NCBI GenBank assembly: GCA_947586655.1
Contig: CANPXR010000001.1
Coordinates: forward strand, 1,638 to 65,637
Direction of reading: 5' to 3'
DNA: 64,000 nucleotides
Source: an uncultured Bacilli bacterium
GTDB lineage: Bacteria > Bacillota_I > Bacilli_A > RF39 > UBA660
The notes under the pieces were generated by a model. The model was not told the DNA's origin. It saw nothing but the letters and a program-made list of their open reading frames with translations, and did not search any database. How positions within the stretch are numbered: the first letter of the stretch is position 1; the number at the start of each line of letters is the position of its first letter. A program made the position numbers and the translations under genes. Shown piece by piece: positions 32,979-42,595 of the stretch.

Positions 32979-33677
32979 CTATTTTCTTTGTCTTATAACC
33001 TCATATATCATTATTCCAGCCGCAACAGACGCGTTTAAACTATTTATTTTTCCAAACATTGGAATAGAAGCTATAAAATCGCAGTTTTGCTTAACTAGAT
33101 TACTAATGCCAAAGCCTTCACTACCAATTATCAAAGCTATTTTACCGCGGTAATCTATTTTACGGTAATCAGTACTATTTTCCATATCCGTACCTACTAT
33201 CCAATAACCATTATCCTTTAATTTTTTTATGGCCTGCGCTAAATTAACCACTTGAGCAATCTTAACGTTTTCGGTAGCTCCAGCACTAGTTTTTATAACC
33301 GTTGAAGTTACCTCTACGCTTCTATTTTTAGGAATAATTATTCCGTTTACTCCAGCGGCTTCACAAGTTCTTATAATGGCTCCTAAATTATGAGGATCCT
33401 CTAAATGATCCAATATTACTATTAAGGATGAGTCATTTCCAATTAATTCTAATAAATTAGTGTACTTAAAATCTTCAACGTACAGAACTATTCCCTGATG
33501 AGAAAATTTATCAAACTTCGAAAATTCTTTTTTGGTCCATTTTTCTACAGGTAAGTTTCTTTTTTCTACTAAAGAAAGTATTTCTCTATCATCAAAACCA
33601 TCTTTTAAAATTATTTTTTCAATCTTTTTATCACTTTTTAAAACTTCTTTTGCTACGTTTCTACCATATACTATCAT
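32979..33677 (-). CDS. rlmB: 23S rRNA (guanosine-2'-O)-methyltransferase RlmB/YacO (SpoU/TrmH family)
   Basis: 232 aa; SpoU motifs. Downstream of mrnC as in Bacillus. Confidence 0.8.
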   Translation of the reverse strand: MIVYGRNVAKEVLKSDKKIEKIILKDGFDDREILSLVEKRNLPVEKWTKKEFSKFDKFSHQGIVLYVEDFKYTNLLELIGNDSSLIVILDHLEDPHNLGAIIRTCEAAGVNGIIIPKNRSVEVTSTVIKTSAGATENVKIAQVVNLAQAIKKLKDNGYWIVGTDMENSTDYRKIDYRGKIALIIGSEGFGISNLVKQNCDFIASIPMFGKINSLNASVAAGIMIYEVIRQRK

Positions 33678-33727
33678 AATGTCCTCCGTCCCAACGATAA
33701 TGTCCAGTTATCGTTTTATTATTAGCC

Positions 33728-33972
33728 TATTTAATTAAAGCATCCTCTTCTCTTTTTGGTTGACCTGCGTTATGAATTAAATAAGGAACACCATTTCTAT
33801 TACGTTTATCAGATATAATTCCAATATGATTACTATTTTCAAAAATAACAATGACCCCTGGTTGTCATGCTTCTATTTTCTTAGGAATAAAATAATAGGT
33901 AACACTTACAATTACAAGTATCAAAATAATAATTATAAACGTAATTAAAAAGCACTTAGCAAGCTTGTTCAT
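33728..33972 (-). pseudogene. Small membrane-anchored protein gene (~80 codons) interrupted by an in-frame TGA at codon 36
   Basis: Minus strand: MNKLAKCFLITFIIIILILVIVSVTYYFIPKKIEA-TGA-QPGVIVIFENSNHIGIISDKRNRNGVPYLIHNAGQPKREEDALIK*. The frame stays open for 44 codons after the TGA, in AT-rich DNA. The start overlaps the mrnC stop by 17 nt. Confidence 0.35.
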
Positions 33973-34354
33973 AGAAAATATACTCCATAATTTCTTTAAT
34001 TCTATCTTGTTTATCTAATAAAGATAAATAACCAATTAATGCCTCTAAAGCCGTTGCATATTTATAAGTAACTATATCACAGTTTTTAGGATGTGACTTG
34101 CTCTTATAATTTCTAGCTCTTTTGATAACGTTAATTTCTTCCTCACTAAAGAAATTATTACTTAACATATTTATTAAAAATCTAGACTGATTAATAGCAC
34201 TAACATATTTAACCGCCGCTTTTTGTAAATCGTTAACTTTACTAATGTTTTGGTTTATTAAAAAACGCCTTACGCTATTTTCATATATTGTATCACCTAA
34301 ATATGCTAAAACTCCCACGTTTATTTTACTTACATTCACTTTCTTCACATCCAT
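33956..34354 (-). CDS. mrnC: Mini-ribonuclease 3 (Mini-III, YazC)
   Basis: 132 aa; RNase III-like signature (LAYLGDTIYE…). Adjacent to rlmB as in B. subtilis yazC-yacO. Confidence 0.75.
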   Translation of the reverse strand: MDVKKVNVSKINVGVLAYLGDTIYENSVRRFLINQNISKVNDLQKAAVKYVSAINQSRFLINMLSNNFFSEEEINVIKRARNYKSKSHPKNCDIVTYKYATALEALIGYLSLLDKQDRIKEIMEYIFYEQAC

Positions 34355-34398
34355 AAGTATTAAAGCATATTAAAAGACAAAAAACAAGGAAAACCTTG

Positions 34399-34692
34399 TT
34401 AATCTATTTTAAGTATTTTTTCTCCAGTTTTAGAATAAAGATATTTTTCCCGTGCATATCTTGCGGCATATTCAGGATTTTTTAGCTTTTCAACATCATC
34501 AGATAGAGTTTTTTCTTCGTCCTTTAGTACTTCTAATTGGTTAACTAGCTGGTTTTTTTCTTTGTTTTTTTCTCTTATCTTAAATACGTTACCCACCGAT
34601 GATATAATCGATAAACTAATTATAAAAAAACAAAATATAGAAGTTAAAACTATACGTCTACGTTCTTTAGAATTTAATTTGCTACCCATCAT
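34399..34692 (-). CDS. divIC: Septum formation initiator (DivIC/FtsB family)
   Basis: 97 aa; N-terminal TM plus coiled coil. yabP-yabQ-divIC order as in Bacillus. Confidence 0.6.
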   Translation of the reverse strand: MMGSKLNSKERRRIVLTSIFCFFIISLSIISSVGNVFKIREKNKEKNQLVNQLEVLKDEEKTLSDDVEKLKNPEYAARYAREKYLYSKTGEKILKID

Positions 34693-34738
34693 ACCAACTC
34701 CATTATAAGTACATTATATAATTAAATTTTAAAAAATT

Positions 34739-35011
34739 CTAGGGTTTTTTGTCCTTAAAGTAAAGAAGATGACAAAATAAACCGCCAATTATCAAAAAAA
34801 TAACTACATAGTAATTTAAAATACCATAATCTATTTTATAAAGTAAAAAATAAAAAATAATCACGTGAGAAAAGCAAAATAATAGTTCACTTATGATCTT
34901 CATAAATTTCTTTTTAAACTTAACCATTCTTAATAACTTAAAGGTAGCTAAAAAAAACATCCCATATATAAAAGAATAGAAAATAACCTTAAACTGACTT
35001 TCTAAATTCAT
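34739..35011 (-). CDS. yabQ: YabQ-like spore cortex biosynthesis membrane protein
   Basis: 90-aa multi-TM protein immediately after yabP (1-nt junction). Confidence 0.45.
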   Translation of the reverse strand: MNLESQFKVIFYSFIYGMFFLATFKLLRMVKFKKKFMKIISELLFCFSHVIIFYFLLYKIDYGILNYYVVIFLIIGGLFCHLLYFKDKKP

Positions 35012-35301
35012 TATTTAAACAACCTTGATAACATTGAATCTTCCTTCTTTGATTTTCCAGCATCTAAATATGAGAAGCCATCTATGATACCCTTAATCAT
35101 TATAGTACCATCATAGGTATCTAATTTTATTATTTCTAAGTCTCTACCTTTTATTCCTAAAGAACCCAGACTAGTTTCAAGAAGAAACTCTTCATTATCA
35201 AAACTATCAATTTTAGTTATTCCACTTATTGTTATGTTTTGCCTTTCAGTTATCATTATATTATGATTAATCGATTCTACTTTATCAGCGGTTTTATCCA
35301 T
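35011..35301 (-). CDS. yabP: Sporulation protein YabP
   Basis: 96 aa; conserved YabP core (…ITISGITKIDSFDNEEF…). Confidence 0.75.
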   Translation of the reverse strand: MDKTADKVESINHNIMITERQNITISGITKIDSFDNEEFLLETSLGSLGIKGRDLEIIKLDTYDGTIMIKGIIDGFSYLDAGKSKKEDSMLSRLFK

Positions 35302-35352
35302 AAGTCCCTCCTGATAAAGTATATTAAAAAAAAAGAAAAATATGATAGTATA

Positions 35353-35610
35353 TTAATCCTCTTTATTATAAGCTTCTTCTACTGCATCATCTATTTTCTT
35401 TCTAAGTTCGGTATTAATTGGATGAACATAATCTTTATATTTTCCATCCTGCATTTTTTTGTTTGGCATAGCTGCAAAGATTCTTGTATTTCCCTTTATA
35501 ATTCTAATTCCATTTACCTTTAAACAATTATCAAAAATTATTTCCGCATAACCTATCATTCTAGAATTATCTTTATTTTCTTTCTGAACCGATACACTAG
35601 TTATTTCCAT
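35353..35610 (-). CDS. spoVG: Septation protein SpoVG
   Basis: 85 aa; MEITSV…GYAEI…NGIRI… strongly conserved. Confidence 0.9.
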   Translation of the reverse strand: MEITSVSVQKENKDNSRMIGYAEIIFDNCLKVNGIRIIKGNTRIFAAMPNKKMQDGKYKDYVHPINTELRKKIDDAVEEAYNKED

Positions 35611-35658
35611 ATGATCACTCCTTTTACATTAACATCAATATAATTTTACCATAATAAT

Positions 35659-35684
35659 GAAAAAAATAGCAAAATTATTGCTAT
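35659..35684 (-). terminator. Terminator overlapping the stop of the 723-aa adhesin gene
   Basis: ATAGCAAaattaTTGCTAT hairpin followed by a T7 run on the minus strand. Confidence 0.45.
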
Positions 35685-37852
35685 TTTTTAAATTTTTTTC
35701 TAAGTATTATCACAATTGCAAGTAAAACTAACAACATAGAAATAATTAGAATATAATTTGGAACCTTTCTTCCCGTAATTATTGTAACGACTAATTCCGC
35801 AAAAGATTTACTTCCTGTTTTTCTAACCTTTTGATCAACCATTTCTACTAAGTAATAGCCATCTTTATCACTATCTTTGATGGTAACAAGTGAGGTTGAG
35901 TCTTTATCTTCAATAAGTTCATATCCATCTGGTGCTTCTTTTTCAACAACCCTGTATTCACCAGGTGATAGCTTTGAGATAAGCGCAATACCTTTTTCTT
36001 CGCCTTCAGGATTTCCATCTTTAGTAGTTATTATATATGTTGCACCATTATCACTTTCTTTTAGATTCTCATCATAAACATAATTACCTTCTGCTGTTTC
36101 TTTTAATAACATATCTTTATAGACATTATTAATCCTTTTTTGAAGAGAAAATTTACCACCTGCTATAAGATTACCATCTTCATCTTTCTTTTGAAATTCT
36201 AAACCCGCGAACCCATTAGTAAACGATACGTTTTTATCGGATCCACAAACGTTAATTTTTTTAGTAGGTTCAGATGGCAACGTAAGACCTTGCGGTGCCT
36301 TTGTTTCTGATATGGTATAACTACAATTTGTTAAAGTGTATACTTTAAACCTGCCCTTACAAGTTTTTAGCTTCGTAGTAGCATCCTTTTCATCTTTGTT
36401 AGAAATATCATACTCACCAGGTTTTATCTCTTTAAAATAAAGTGTTTTACCATTTTCCATTATCTCAAACTCAGGTCCAGTGTAATTATCAGTACCACAA
36501 CCATCATCTAAATCAATAATATTTCCTTTTTCATCAACCGTCTTTTTAGTTAAGTTAAACACCTTGTTAGAATCAGTTATGGATATAGTTCCATAACTCG
36601 TAGATCCTGCTATATTTGATGCTGAAACAGTTACAGCACGTGGAGTTGAATTAAGCTCATATCCAGGTGGAGCATATGTTTCCTTTACATAGTAGGTACC
36701 TGGATTAGGAATACTTTGAAATGTAGCAGTACCAGTTTTATCAGTTGTTACTGTACTTAATACTTTTGTACAAGAACTATTTGAGCAAATACTAAATTTT
36801 GCACCACTTAACGCTTTTTGATCTAAAGATGCTTTTTTTGTTATTTTTAATTGGTATTTAGGAGTATATACTTTTATGTACGCATTATTTGTTGTACCTA
36901 CTATACCAATAAGATTTTGTGAATCAGCATGGTAATATGCTTTAAGCGTACCACCATTTTTGTTATAAATAGCAATCTTTACCATCTTTGGACTATTTTC
37001 TTCAATAGGATTTGAACTTGAAATAGTAATAGAATCATTTGTTTTTGAAACCTCTAATCCGGATTGATTCTGAATAGACCAATAACGAAAATTGGTATCC
37101 TTAATGGTAACCGAATATTTTTTACTTGACGTATTCCAAGAAAGTGCTATCTTTTTTGCTTGCTGCTCTGTACTAAACTGATTAGGAAATTTATTAAAAG
37201 AATTATTTATGGCATCCACTATACGTTTATATTCAACGGCAAGTGTCTCTGGATAATTTTTAGCCACATACACATTATAAAAACTATTACTATGATTGTT
37301 ATCTGGTACATAACTTTTAAAACTAGTTCTTTCACCAGTTGCAACTTCCCAAATTAATCCCTGTGCAGCATAAGTCCTATATATTGAAAGTAATTGTGAG
37401 CCAGAGGAAGGACAGTTAACCGTTTTTTTATTATTATTAGTAATGGTTGGAAGCAAGCTTTGATCCGTTATTTTTTCAGCAAAGGTTAGAATCTGCCTTA
37501 TAAGATTCTTCTTTGTATTGTCTATTTTAATACCTTTATTATTAAGATTTTCAAAAGGCTGTTCAGTATAACTTGCACTATTTAAGTGCCTCCCTGGTTC
37601 AACACAATAAACATGCTGTCTATTAATGTTATAAACACCTATATATCCGCCATCTCTTTCACCAGAAATTTGATTCAATTTATATTTAGTACCTTTTAAG
37701 CATGAATGGTATACCCACCCAGAAGAATTAGCTGCCTTTACGTTAAAAAGGAAAAAGAAGAATGTAATAATTACTAAAGTTACTAAAACAATATTCTTTC
37801 TAAATATTTTACTCATTAACATCACCTTCTTCTTCACTTGTTCCCGCAACAA
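35681..37852 (-). CDS. Cell-surface protein. Signal peptide, N-terminal Cys-containing domain (possible thioester domain), two SpaA/Cna-B-like domains, C-terminal TM with a basic tail. The true start is probably near 37816–37822.
   Basis: 723 aa. SpaA-like blocks (LSGAKFSI…KTGTATFQSIPNPGTYYVKETYAPPGYEL; GEYRVVEKEAPDGYEL). C-terminus …ILIISMLLVLLAIVIILRKKFKK with no LPXTG. YCVEPG and AQGLIW resemble the Cys and Gln motifs of thioester domains. Confidence 0.6.
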   Translation of the reverse strand: MLREQVKKKVMLMSKIFRKNIVLVTLVIITFFFFLFNVKAANSSGWVYHSCLKGTKYKLNQISGERDGGYIGVYNINRQHVYCVEPGRHLNSASYTEQPFENLNNKGIKIDNTKKNLIRQILTFAEKITDQSLLPTITNNNKKTVNCPSSGSQLLSIYRTYAAQGLIWEVATGERTSFKSYVPDNNHSNSFYNVYVAKNYPETLAVEYKRIVDAINNSFNKFPNQFSTEQQAKKIALSWNTSSKKYSVTIKDTNFRYWSIQNQSGLEVSKTNDSITISSSNPIEENSPKMVKIAIYNKNGGTLKAYYHADSQNLIGIVGTTNNAYIKVYTPKYQLKITKKASLDQKALSGAKFSICSNSSCTKVLSTVTTDKTGTATFQSIPNPGTYYVKETYAPPGYELNSTPRAVTVSASNIAGSTSYGTISITDSNKVFNLTKKTVDEKGNIIDLDDGCGTDNYTGPEFEIMENGKTLYFKEIKPGEYDISNKDEKDATTKLKTCKGRFKVYTLTNCSYTISETKAPQGLTLPSEPTKKINVCGSDKNVSFTNGFAGLEFQKKDEDGNLIAGGKFSLQKRINNVYKDMLLKETAEGNYVYDENLKESDNGATYIITTKDGNPEGEEKGIALISKLSPGEYRVVEKEAPDGYELIEDKDSTSLVTIKDSDKDGYYLVEMVDQKVRKTGSKSFAELVVTIITGRKVPNYILIISMLLVLLAIVIILRKKFKK

Positions 37853-40800
37853 CTAATATCTGCAAATCATCATCATCAACCGCAGCATAGTTAACGAAGG
37901 AACCCGCTTCTTTTCTTGATATATCAAATGCAATGGTAAGATATTTCTTCTCTCCACCAGCAATTAATTGATCAGATAACGTATTATTTTCTAGGTACCC
38001 TTGTTCCGTCATTACCCAACCTTTATTTTCTTCATAACTATCGTTAAATGTCATGCCATCTGGCACATAATCTTTTACTAAATAAATATAGCCCGGATAA
38101 TAACCAACATTTTCAAGTTCTATCGTATAAATAACTTTTATACTTACATTACTTATATCTTTTACGTCTAACTTAGCTAACGTAACGTTACCATAATCTT
38201 TTATAGTAGATACACCTAATTTGTTAGTAGTTATTGCTCTTGTTACGTACTTTGTTAGTTTTACAGAATATATTTTTCTTAGTGCAAGTCCAAGGTTAAC
38301 ATTACTAACAGTTCTAGTATTATTAGTAATTTGAATATTATCTGTTCTAATTATTGGAAGTATTTTATTATCTTCATTAGACGGGTCATCAACTTCACAA
38401 TCATTTCCATCACATGTTTCTTCGTTATCTTTAGATTCATTGTCGGTACTTTTTGCATTAGTGTTAACCTTATTAGGTTCTGTTGCCTTAAAAGAAGATG
38501 TAATAGATTTATCTAGTAATACTTGATATGGTGAAATCCCATATTTAGCGGTATTATAATCCGCAACAACGTAATACGTTCCAGGATCTAGATCAGATAA
38601 ACTATAATTTCCTTTTTCATCGGTAGTTGTAGTTTTTATCAATTCATCATTAGATGCATTATATAACTTTAACGTTACACCAGAAACCTTTTTTTCGGTT
38701 GAATCCATAATACCATTAGAATCAAAATCTTCCCAAACAGTACCAGTTATTCTTTTACTAATAACACTAATAGTTAGTGGTTTTATGGTTTTTACTATTT
38801 CTTTACCATTTTCATTTCTAATTAAATATGAACTAATCTTATATGAATCATCCGTTTTGTTACCAATTGGATTTATCTTTATACTTTGTTCATAAGTTTT
38901 TCCAGGCTCTAAACTGATTCCACTAACCTTAATGGCAGAAACACCTAAATAACCATCGCCTTGGTATTTAGAGCATTGTTCCCATGCTATTTCCTCACTT
39001 GACATTTTATCATTTAATAATGCTGGTAAACTAGTTGTACATAAAGCATTTGTTGGCACATCAGAAAGAGTATAAGTTCCAGTATAATTATTATTTTCGT
39101 TCTCGACTGAATTATATGGAAGAATGGTTATAACTTCTAAATTAGAATGCGTTATTTTGTTACTATCATTATTATATAATTTTGTACTTACACTAAAACT
39201 AGTTTCTTTAGATATAGCAGGATATGGTGTATATAGTGAATAAGAAATTACTTCATTATTTTGGTATGTTATGTTTCTGGTTGTTGTCCTTAACTCAGCA
39301 CTTGAAGAATCACTAACTTCAGTTGTCGACGTCGCTTGAATCATGACCTTAATAGGAAGCTTAGTACCAGAAGAAATATCAATGTCATAGCTCGTTTCAA
39401 ATACAACTGGGTCAATCCACTCATTGATACGTTTTCCTTTTAGTACATACCTAAGTTTTGTACTACCACCAGTATTGCTAGTAGTTGGAAGATCATAATT
39501 TTCATTATAAACATAATTAACACCCTTAGGCAATTCAACTTCAACAATAACCTCTTTTAAATCAGAAATTCCTGCAATATTGGTATTAACTAATTCAGCT
39601 GGCATGCTAACGCTTGGATATATTTTCCAAACAGAGCTGTTTACGTCAGCAGCATTAATTACAACATCTTGGTTAATATCATTAATAAATACATCCGTTC
39701 TAGCCTTAAACGCAGTAACGTTTATAGAACTATTACTAGATACAGTTCTTGTTTGAGATCCGCTATTTTCATTTTCATCAAATGATGATGAAGAAGTAAG
39801 CGTAATTTTTCCGGCGTTATTTCCAACTGATGTTACTAATCTAATTCTAAAATCAACTACCGTTCCAGGCTTAACATTTTTTAAAGTGTATGTTAGGTAA
39901 GATAATCTTAGTTTATCATTTTTTGATAAAGCATCATTTAAAGCATCAAAAGTATCATAAGATTTTGCATCACCTACTGTACAAGAAGTGCCTGTTTCAC
40001 CCATTTCACATGCATAATATTTTACCGTTACGTTGTCCTTTAAATCTTCGTTTATGTAATAAGGTCCTTGTTCCTCTACGTTCGTACCATATTCAATCAT
40101 GGTAAAAGGTGCGGTTGGATTACTTGATGTTGATATAGCGTCGCCAATAGGAATTGTTGTTGTAAGACTCTTTATGTCATTATCTCCATCACTAGAATAA
40201 CTAAATAAAGACCTTAAAACAACTTCTTCACCATAAGATAAATAATCATTTTCTAATAACTTATTTAGTTTGCCATCTTCCTCTTTATTAAAGGTTAATT
40301 CATTTGTCTTTGTTCCAGCAGAATAAAATTTATTAATAACACCATCAGACTCGGCGTTACCAACTTTTAATTTAACTGTTATATTATCAGTTATACCTTC
40401 ACTACGCTCTGATTTAGCATTTACAAAATATGATCCTAATGCAACAAAATCATTCCCATATAATCTAATTGATCCATCTGATTTTATTCCTTCTATATTA
40501 AAATCATATTTAGTTTGTATATTAACGGTGTTTTTTGCTTCTAATTCGAAATCATTTTTATCAGTTATTGTATAAACAGCGTTATAAGTACCCGCCTTTG
40601 TTTTATCAATGGCTGTTTCTTCGCTTGTTGCAGGATTATAATATTTAACTGAACATTTATTTTCAGTATTACACTCTGTGTCCACATCGTCAACTGCTAT
40701 GTGAGGATTACCAAAAGAAGAACCATCAGACGAGGTATAAATCGTACTTGCAGTAAGAGTCTGGGCTTTTGTGTAAGATAAACTTTCAAGCACTTTAACT

Positions 40801-42317
40801 GTCCTCGTTAAAGTAAATCTTTCCTGACCTTCAAAACTTGGCTCATTATCACCCTCAGGATTAAGTGTATAAGTTACCGTATACGTGCCAACGCTATTAG
40901 TATCAATTGACGGAACCGGTGCCTCTTCGCCTTCTTTTTTAATTACACTTTCGTAGCTTAAATTAGAAGTTTTACCATTTTTGGAAATACCTTCTTCGCT
41001 ATATTTTTGCCCCTTTAACAAGATGATTTCTTTATTACCATTTAATGAATAAGTATTCTCTCCTACTTTGACGGTTGTTTTTTCACTTACTTTTACGTTT
41101 CTTTTAACCGTTGTAGAACCAGTTGCAGAAGTATACTTATAACTAACGATATATTCTCCAACCGCATTAGTTATATTTTTTTCTTCGATTTGTGTCTCAA
41201 CATTATCTTTTTTAGTTATTTTTTTCTCACATGAATTATTTTTAGCTTTACATATATCTTCGCCATTACCGGTTGCCGATACACCATATTCAGTGTATTC
41301 TTCCCCTACTTCTAAGTTTATTGTTTTATCACCAATTAAGTATAAATCTGGATTTGTATTTTCCGTTACCGTTCCAGACACTCCATCAGAAGATTTAGTT
41401 AAACCCGTAACTTTACCCGAATTATAAACAGAATAACGTTGATAATCATTTTTGTAATGTGGCATTGAGGTTAATAAATTAGAACTTTTGTCATATAATC
41501 CAAAGTACTTACTATTATTACTTTCTAATTCAATTTGAGAATTTATATTATTTACACTTTGTGTTGCCTCTAGCACTAATTTTATATTAGCGTCAAAATA
41601 AAGTCCTTCTAGACTATTTTGATTTTTTAACCTGCTTTTATCAAAGCCTACTAATATACCAAATGGTGCTAATCTTCCGCTGGCATAATCAGAAGATTTG
41701 TACGCTGTTCCAGATATAATTTTTTGCGTTAGTTCTACCTTTTCACTTTCTACTGTAACGGTAGGAATACTACCTATTGTATTATCACCAGATTTTATAG
41801 TTGGCTTTATTTCTTTACCATTTTCAACGTTTCTTACGTTTAGGTATAATTGTTTGGTTTGTTCAACGTTTGGTTCATTATCATAAATGGTAACTTCTAC
41901 GGTTTTTCCACCGTTTGATAATTCATACTTAGAAGTAGGCTCAGAAGTATCCCAAACAGCATCAATATCATCAGGGACACTAGCTTCTATTTCAACGGTT
42001 GATGAAGTCGTTTGATAAGACACTTCATACACTAACGTACTAAAACTTTTAATCGTTGTAATTTCTTGGGTTGAATCTACCTTTTTTGCCTTAACAGCTT
42101 TTAAAGTTGCAACCCCTGTTGAGTCACCTGCAGCATAAACTATTAAAGCAACTATACTAGAAATTAAAAATATACCAATGAATGCTGATATGTACTTATG
42201 CTCTTTAATAAAATTAGTTATCCTTACCTTTTGGATAAGAATCCAATCAACTATTCTAGATTTTAAATTTACCTTTGACATATTCATAGTATAGCCCTCC
42301 AATTTTACTTTATACAC
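37809..42317 (-). CDS. Giant surface adhesin (1502 aa). N-terminal signal anchor, many Ig-like repeats, Cna-B/SdrD-B-like domain, C-terminal DUF11-like domain.
   Basis: Cna-B-type block KVSGVTLKLYNASNDELIKTTTTDEKGNYSLSDLDPGTYYV. C-terminal NVSIKVIYTIELENVGYYPGYIYLVKDYVPDGMTF resembles the DUF11 repeat. Ser/Thr/Asn-rich. Overlaps the downstream adhesin gene. Confidence 0.6.
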   Translation of the reverse strand: MYKVKLEGYTMNMSKVNLKSRIVDWILIQKVRITNFIKEHKYISAFIGIFLISSIVALIVYAAGDSTGVATLKAVKAKKVDSTQEITTIKSFSTLVYEVSYQTTSSTVEIEASVPDDIDAVWDTSEPTSKYELSNGGKTVEVTIYDNEPNVEQTKQLYLNVRNVENGKEIKPTIKSGDNTIGSIPTVTVESEKVELTQKIISGTAYKSSDYASGRLAPFGILVGFDKSRLKNQNSLEGLYFDANIKLVLEATQSVNNINSQIELESNNSKYFGLYDKSSNLLTSMPHYKNDYQRYSVYNSGKVTGLTKSSDGVSGTVTENTNPDLYLIGDKTINLEVGEEYTEYGVSATGNGEDICKAKNNSCEKKITKKDNVETQIEEKNITNAVGEYIVSYKYTSATGSTTVKRNVKVSEKTTVKVGENTYSLNGNKEIILLKGQKYSEEGISKNGKTSNLSYESVIKKEGEEAPVPSIDTNSVGTYTVTYTLNPEGDNEPSFEGQERFTLTRTVKVLESLSYTKAQTLTASTIYTSSDGSSFGNPHIAVDDVDTECNTENKCSVKYYNPATSEETAIDKTKAGTYNAVYTITDKNDFELEAKNTVNIQTKYDFNIEGIKSDGSIRLYGNDFVALGSYFVNAKSERSEGITDNITVKLKVGNAESDGVINKFYSAGTKTNELTFNKEEDGKLNKLLENDYLSYGEEVVLRSLFSYSSDGDNDIKSLTTTIPIGDAISTSSNPTAPFTMIEYGTNVEEQGPYYINEDLKDNVTVKYYACEMGETGTSCTVGDAKSYDTFDALNDALSKNDKLRLSYLTYTLKNVKPGTVVDFRIRLVTSVGNNAGKITLTSSSSFDENENSGSQTRTVSSNSSINVTAFKARTDVFINDINQDVVINAADVNSSVWKIYPSVSMPAELVNTNIAGISDLKEVIVEVELPKGVNYVYNENYDLPTTSNTGGSTKLRYVLKGKRINEWIDPVVFETSYDIDISSGTKLPIKVMIQATSTTEVSDSSSAELRTTTRNITYQNNEVISYSLYTPYPAISKETSFSVSTKLYNNDSNKITHSNLEVITILPYNSVENENNNYTGTYTLSDVPTNALCTTSLPALLNDKMSSEEIAWEQCSKYQGDGYLGVSAIKVSGISLEPGKTYEQSIKINPIGNKTDDSYKISSYLIRNENGKEIVKTIKPLTISVISKRITGTVWEDFDSNGIMDSTEKKVSGVTLKLYNASNDELIKTTTTDEKGNYSLSDLDPGTYYVVADYNTAKYGISPYQVLLDKSITSSFKATEPNKVNTNAKSTDNESKDNEETCDGNDCEVDDPSNEDNKILPIIRTDNIQITNNTRTVSNVNLGLALRKIYSVKLTKYVTRAITTNKLGVSTIKDYGNVTLAKLDVKDISNVSIKVIYTIELENVGYYPGYIYLVKDYVPDGMTFNDSYEENKGWVMTEQGYLENNTLSDQLIAGGEKKYLTIAFDISRKEAGSFVNYAAVDDDDLQILVVAGTSEEEGDVNE

Positions 42318-42359
42318 TTTAATTTAATCACAAATATAAAGAAAAATCAACAATAGGGC

Positions 42360-42388
42360 AACAAAAAAAGTTCATATATCATGAACTT
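42360..42388 (-). terminator. veg Rho-independent terminator overlapping the TGA stop
   Basis: AAGTTCATgatatATGAACTT followed by TTTTTTTT on the minus strand. Confidence 0.55.
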
Positions 42389-42585
42389 ATGACAACCGTA
42401 TTAATTAAAACATCACAATAACCAAAACTTTTGATATCAGTATCTGTTTTTAATGTCCAAATATTTTTATACGTATTTAAAACAATGCCTTCATACGTTT
42501 CACTTTTATTTCTACCAACGTCTACAAAAACTTTTATTTTTTTACCCTTAAGTTTTTCAATTTTACGTTTTATTTCCGTTAACAT
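42379..42585 (-). CDS. veg: Veg (biofilm/sporulation-associated small protein)
   Basis: 68 aa; IKxxLxxxxGKKIKVxxDxGRNK…YEGIL… pattern. yabG-veg adjacency as in B. subtilis. Confidence 0.8.
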   Translation of the reverse strand: MLTEIKRKIEKLKGKKIKVFVDVGRNKSETYEGIVLNTYKNIWTLKTDTDIKSFGYCDVLINTVVISS

Positions 42586-42595
42586 TTACCCTCCT

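Noticed and set aside
33862-33870. Alternative genetic code (TGA = Trp or Gly) suggested by the in-frame TGA in the small gene at 33728–33972
   Set aside because: All conserved housekeeping genes in the window translate full-length with the standard code. veg (42379) terminates at TGA and would read through under code 4 or 25. A single TGA is better explained as a pseudogene, a sequencing error or local recoding.
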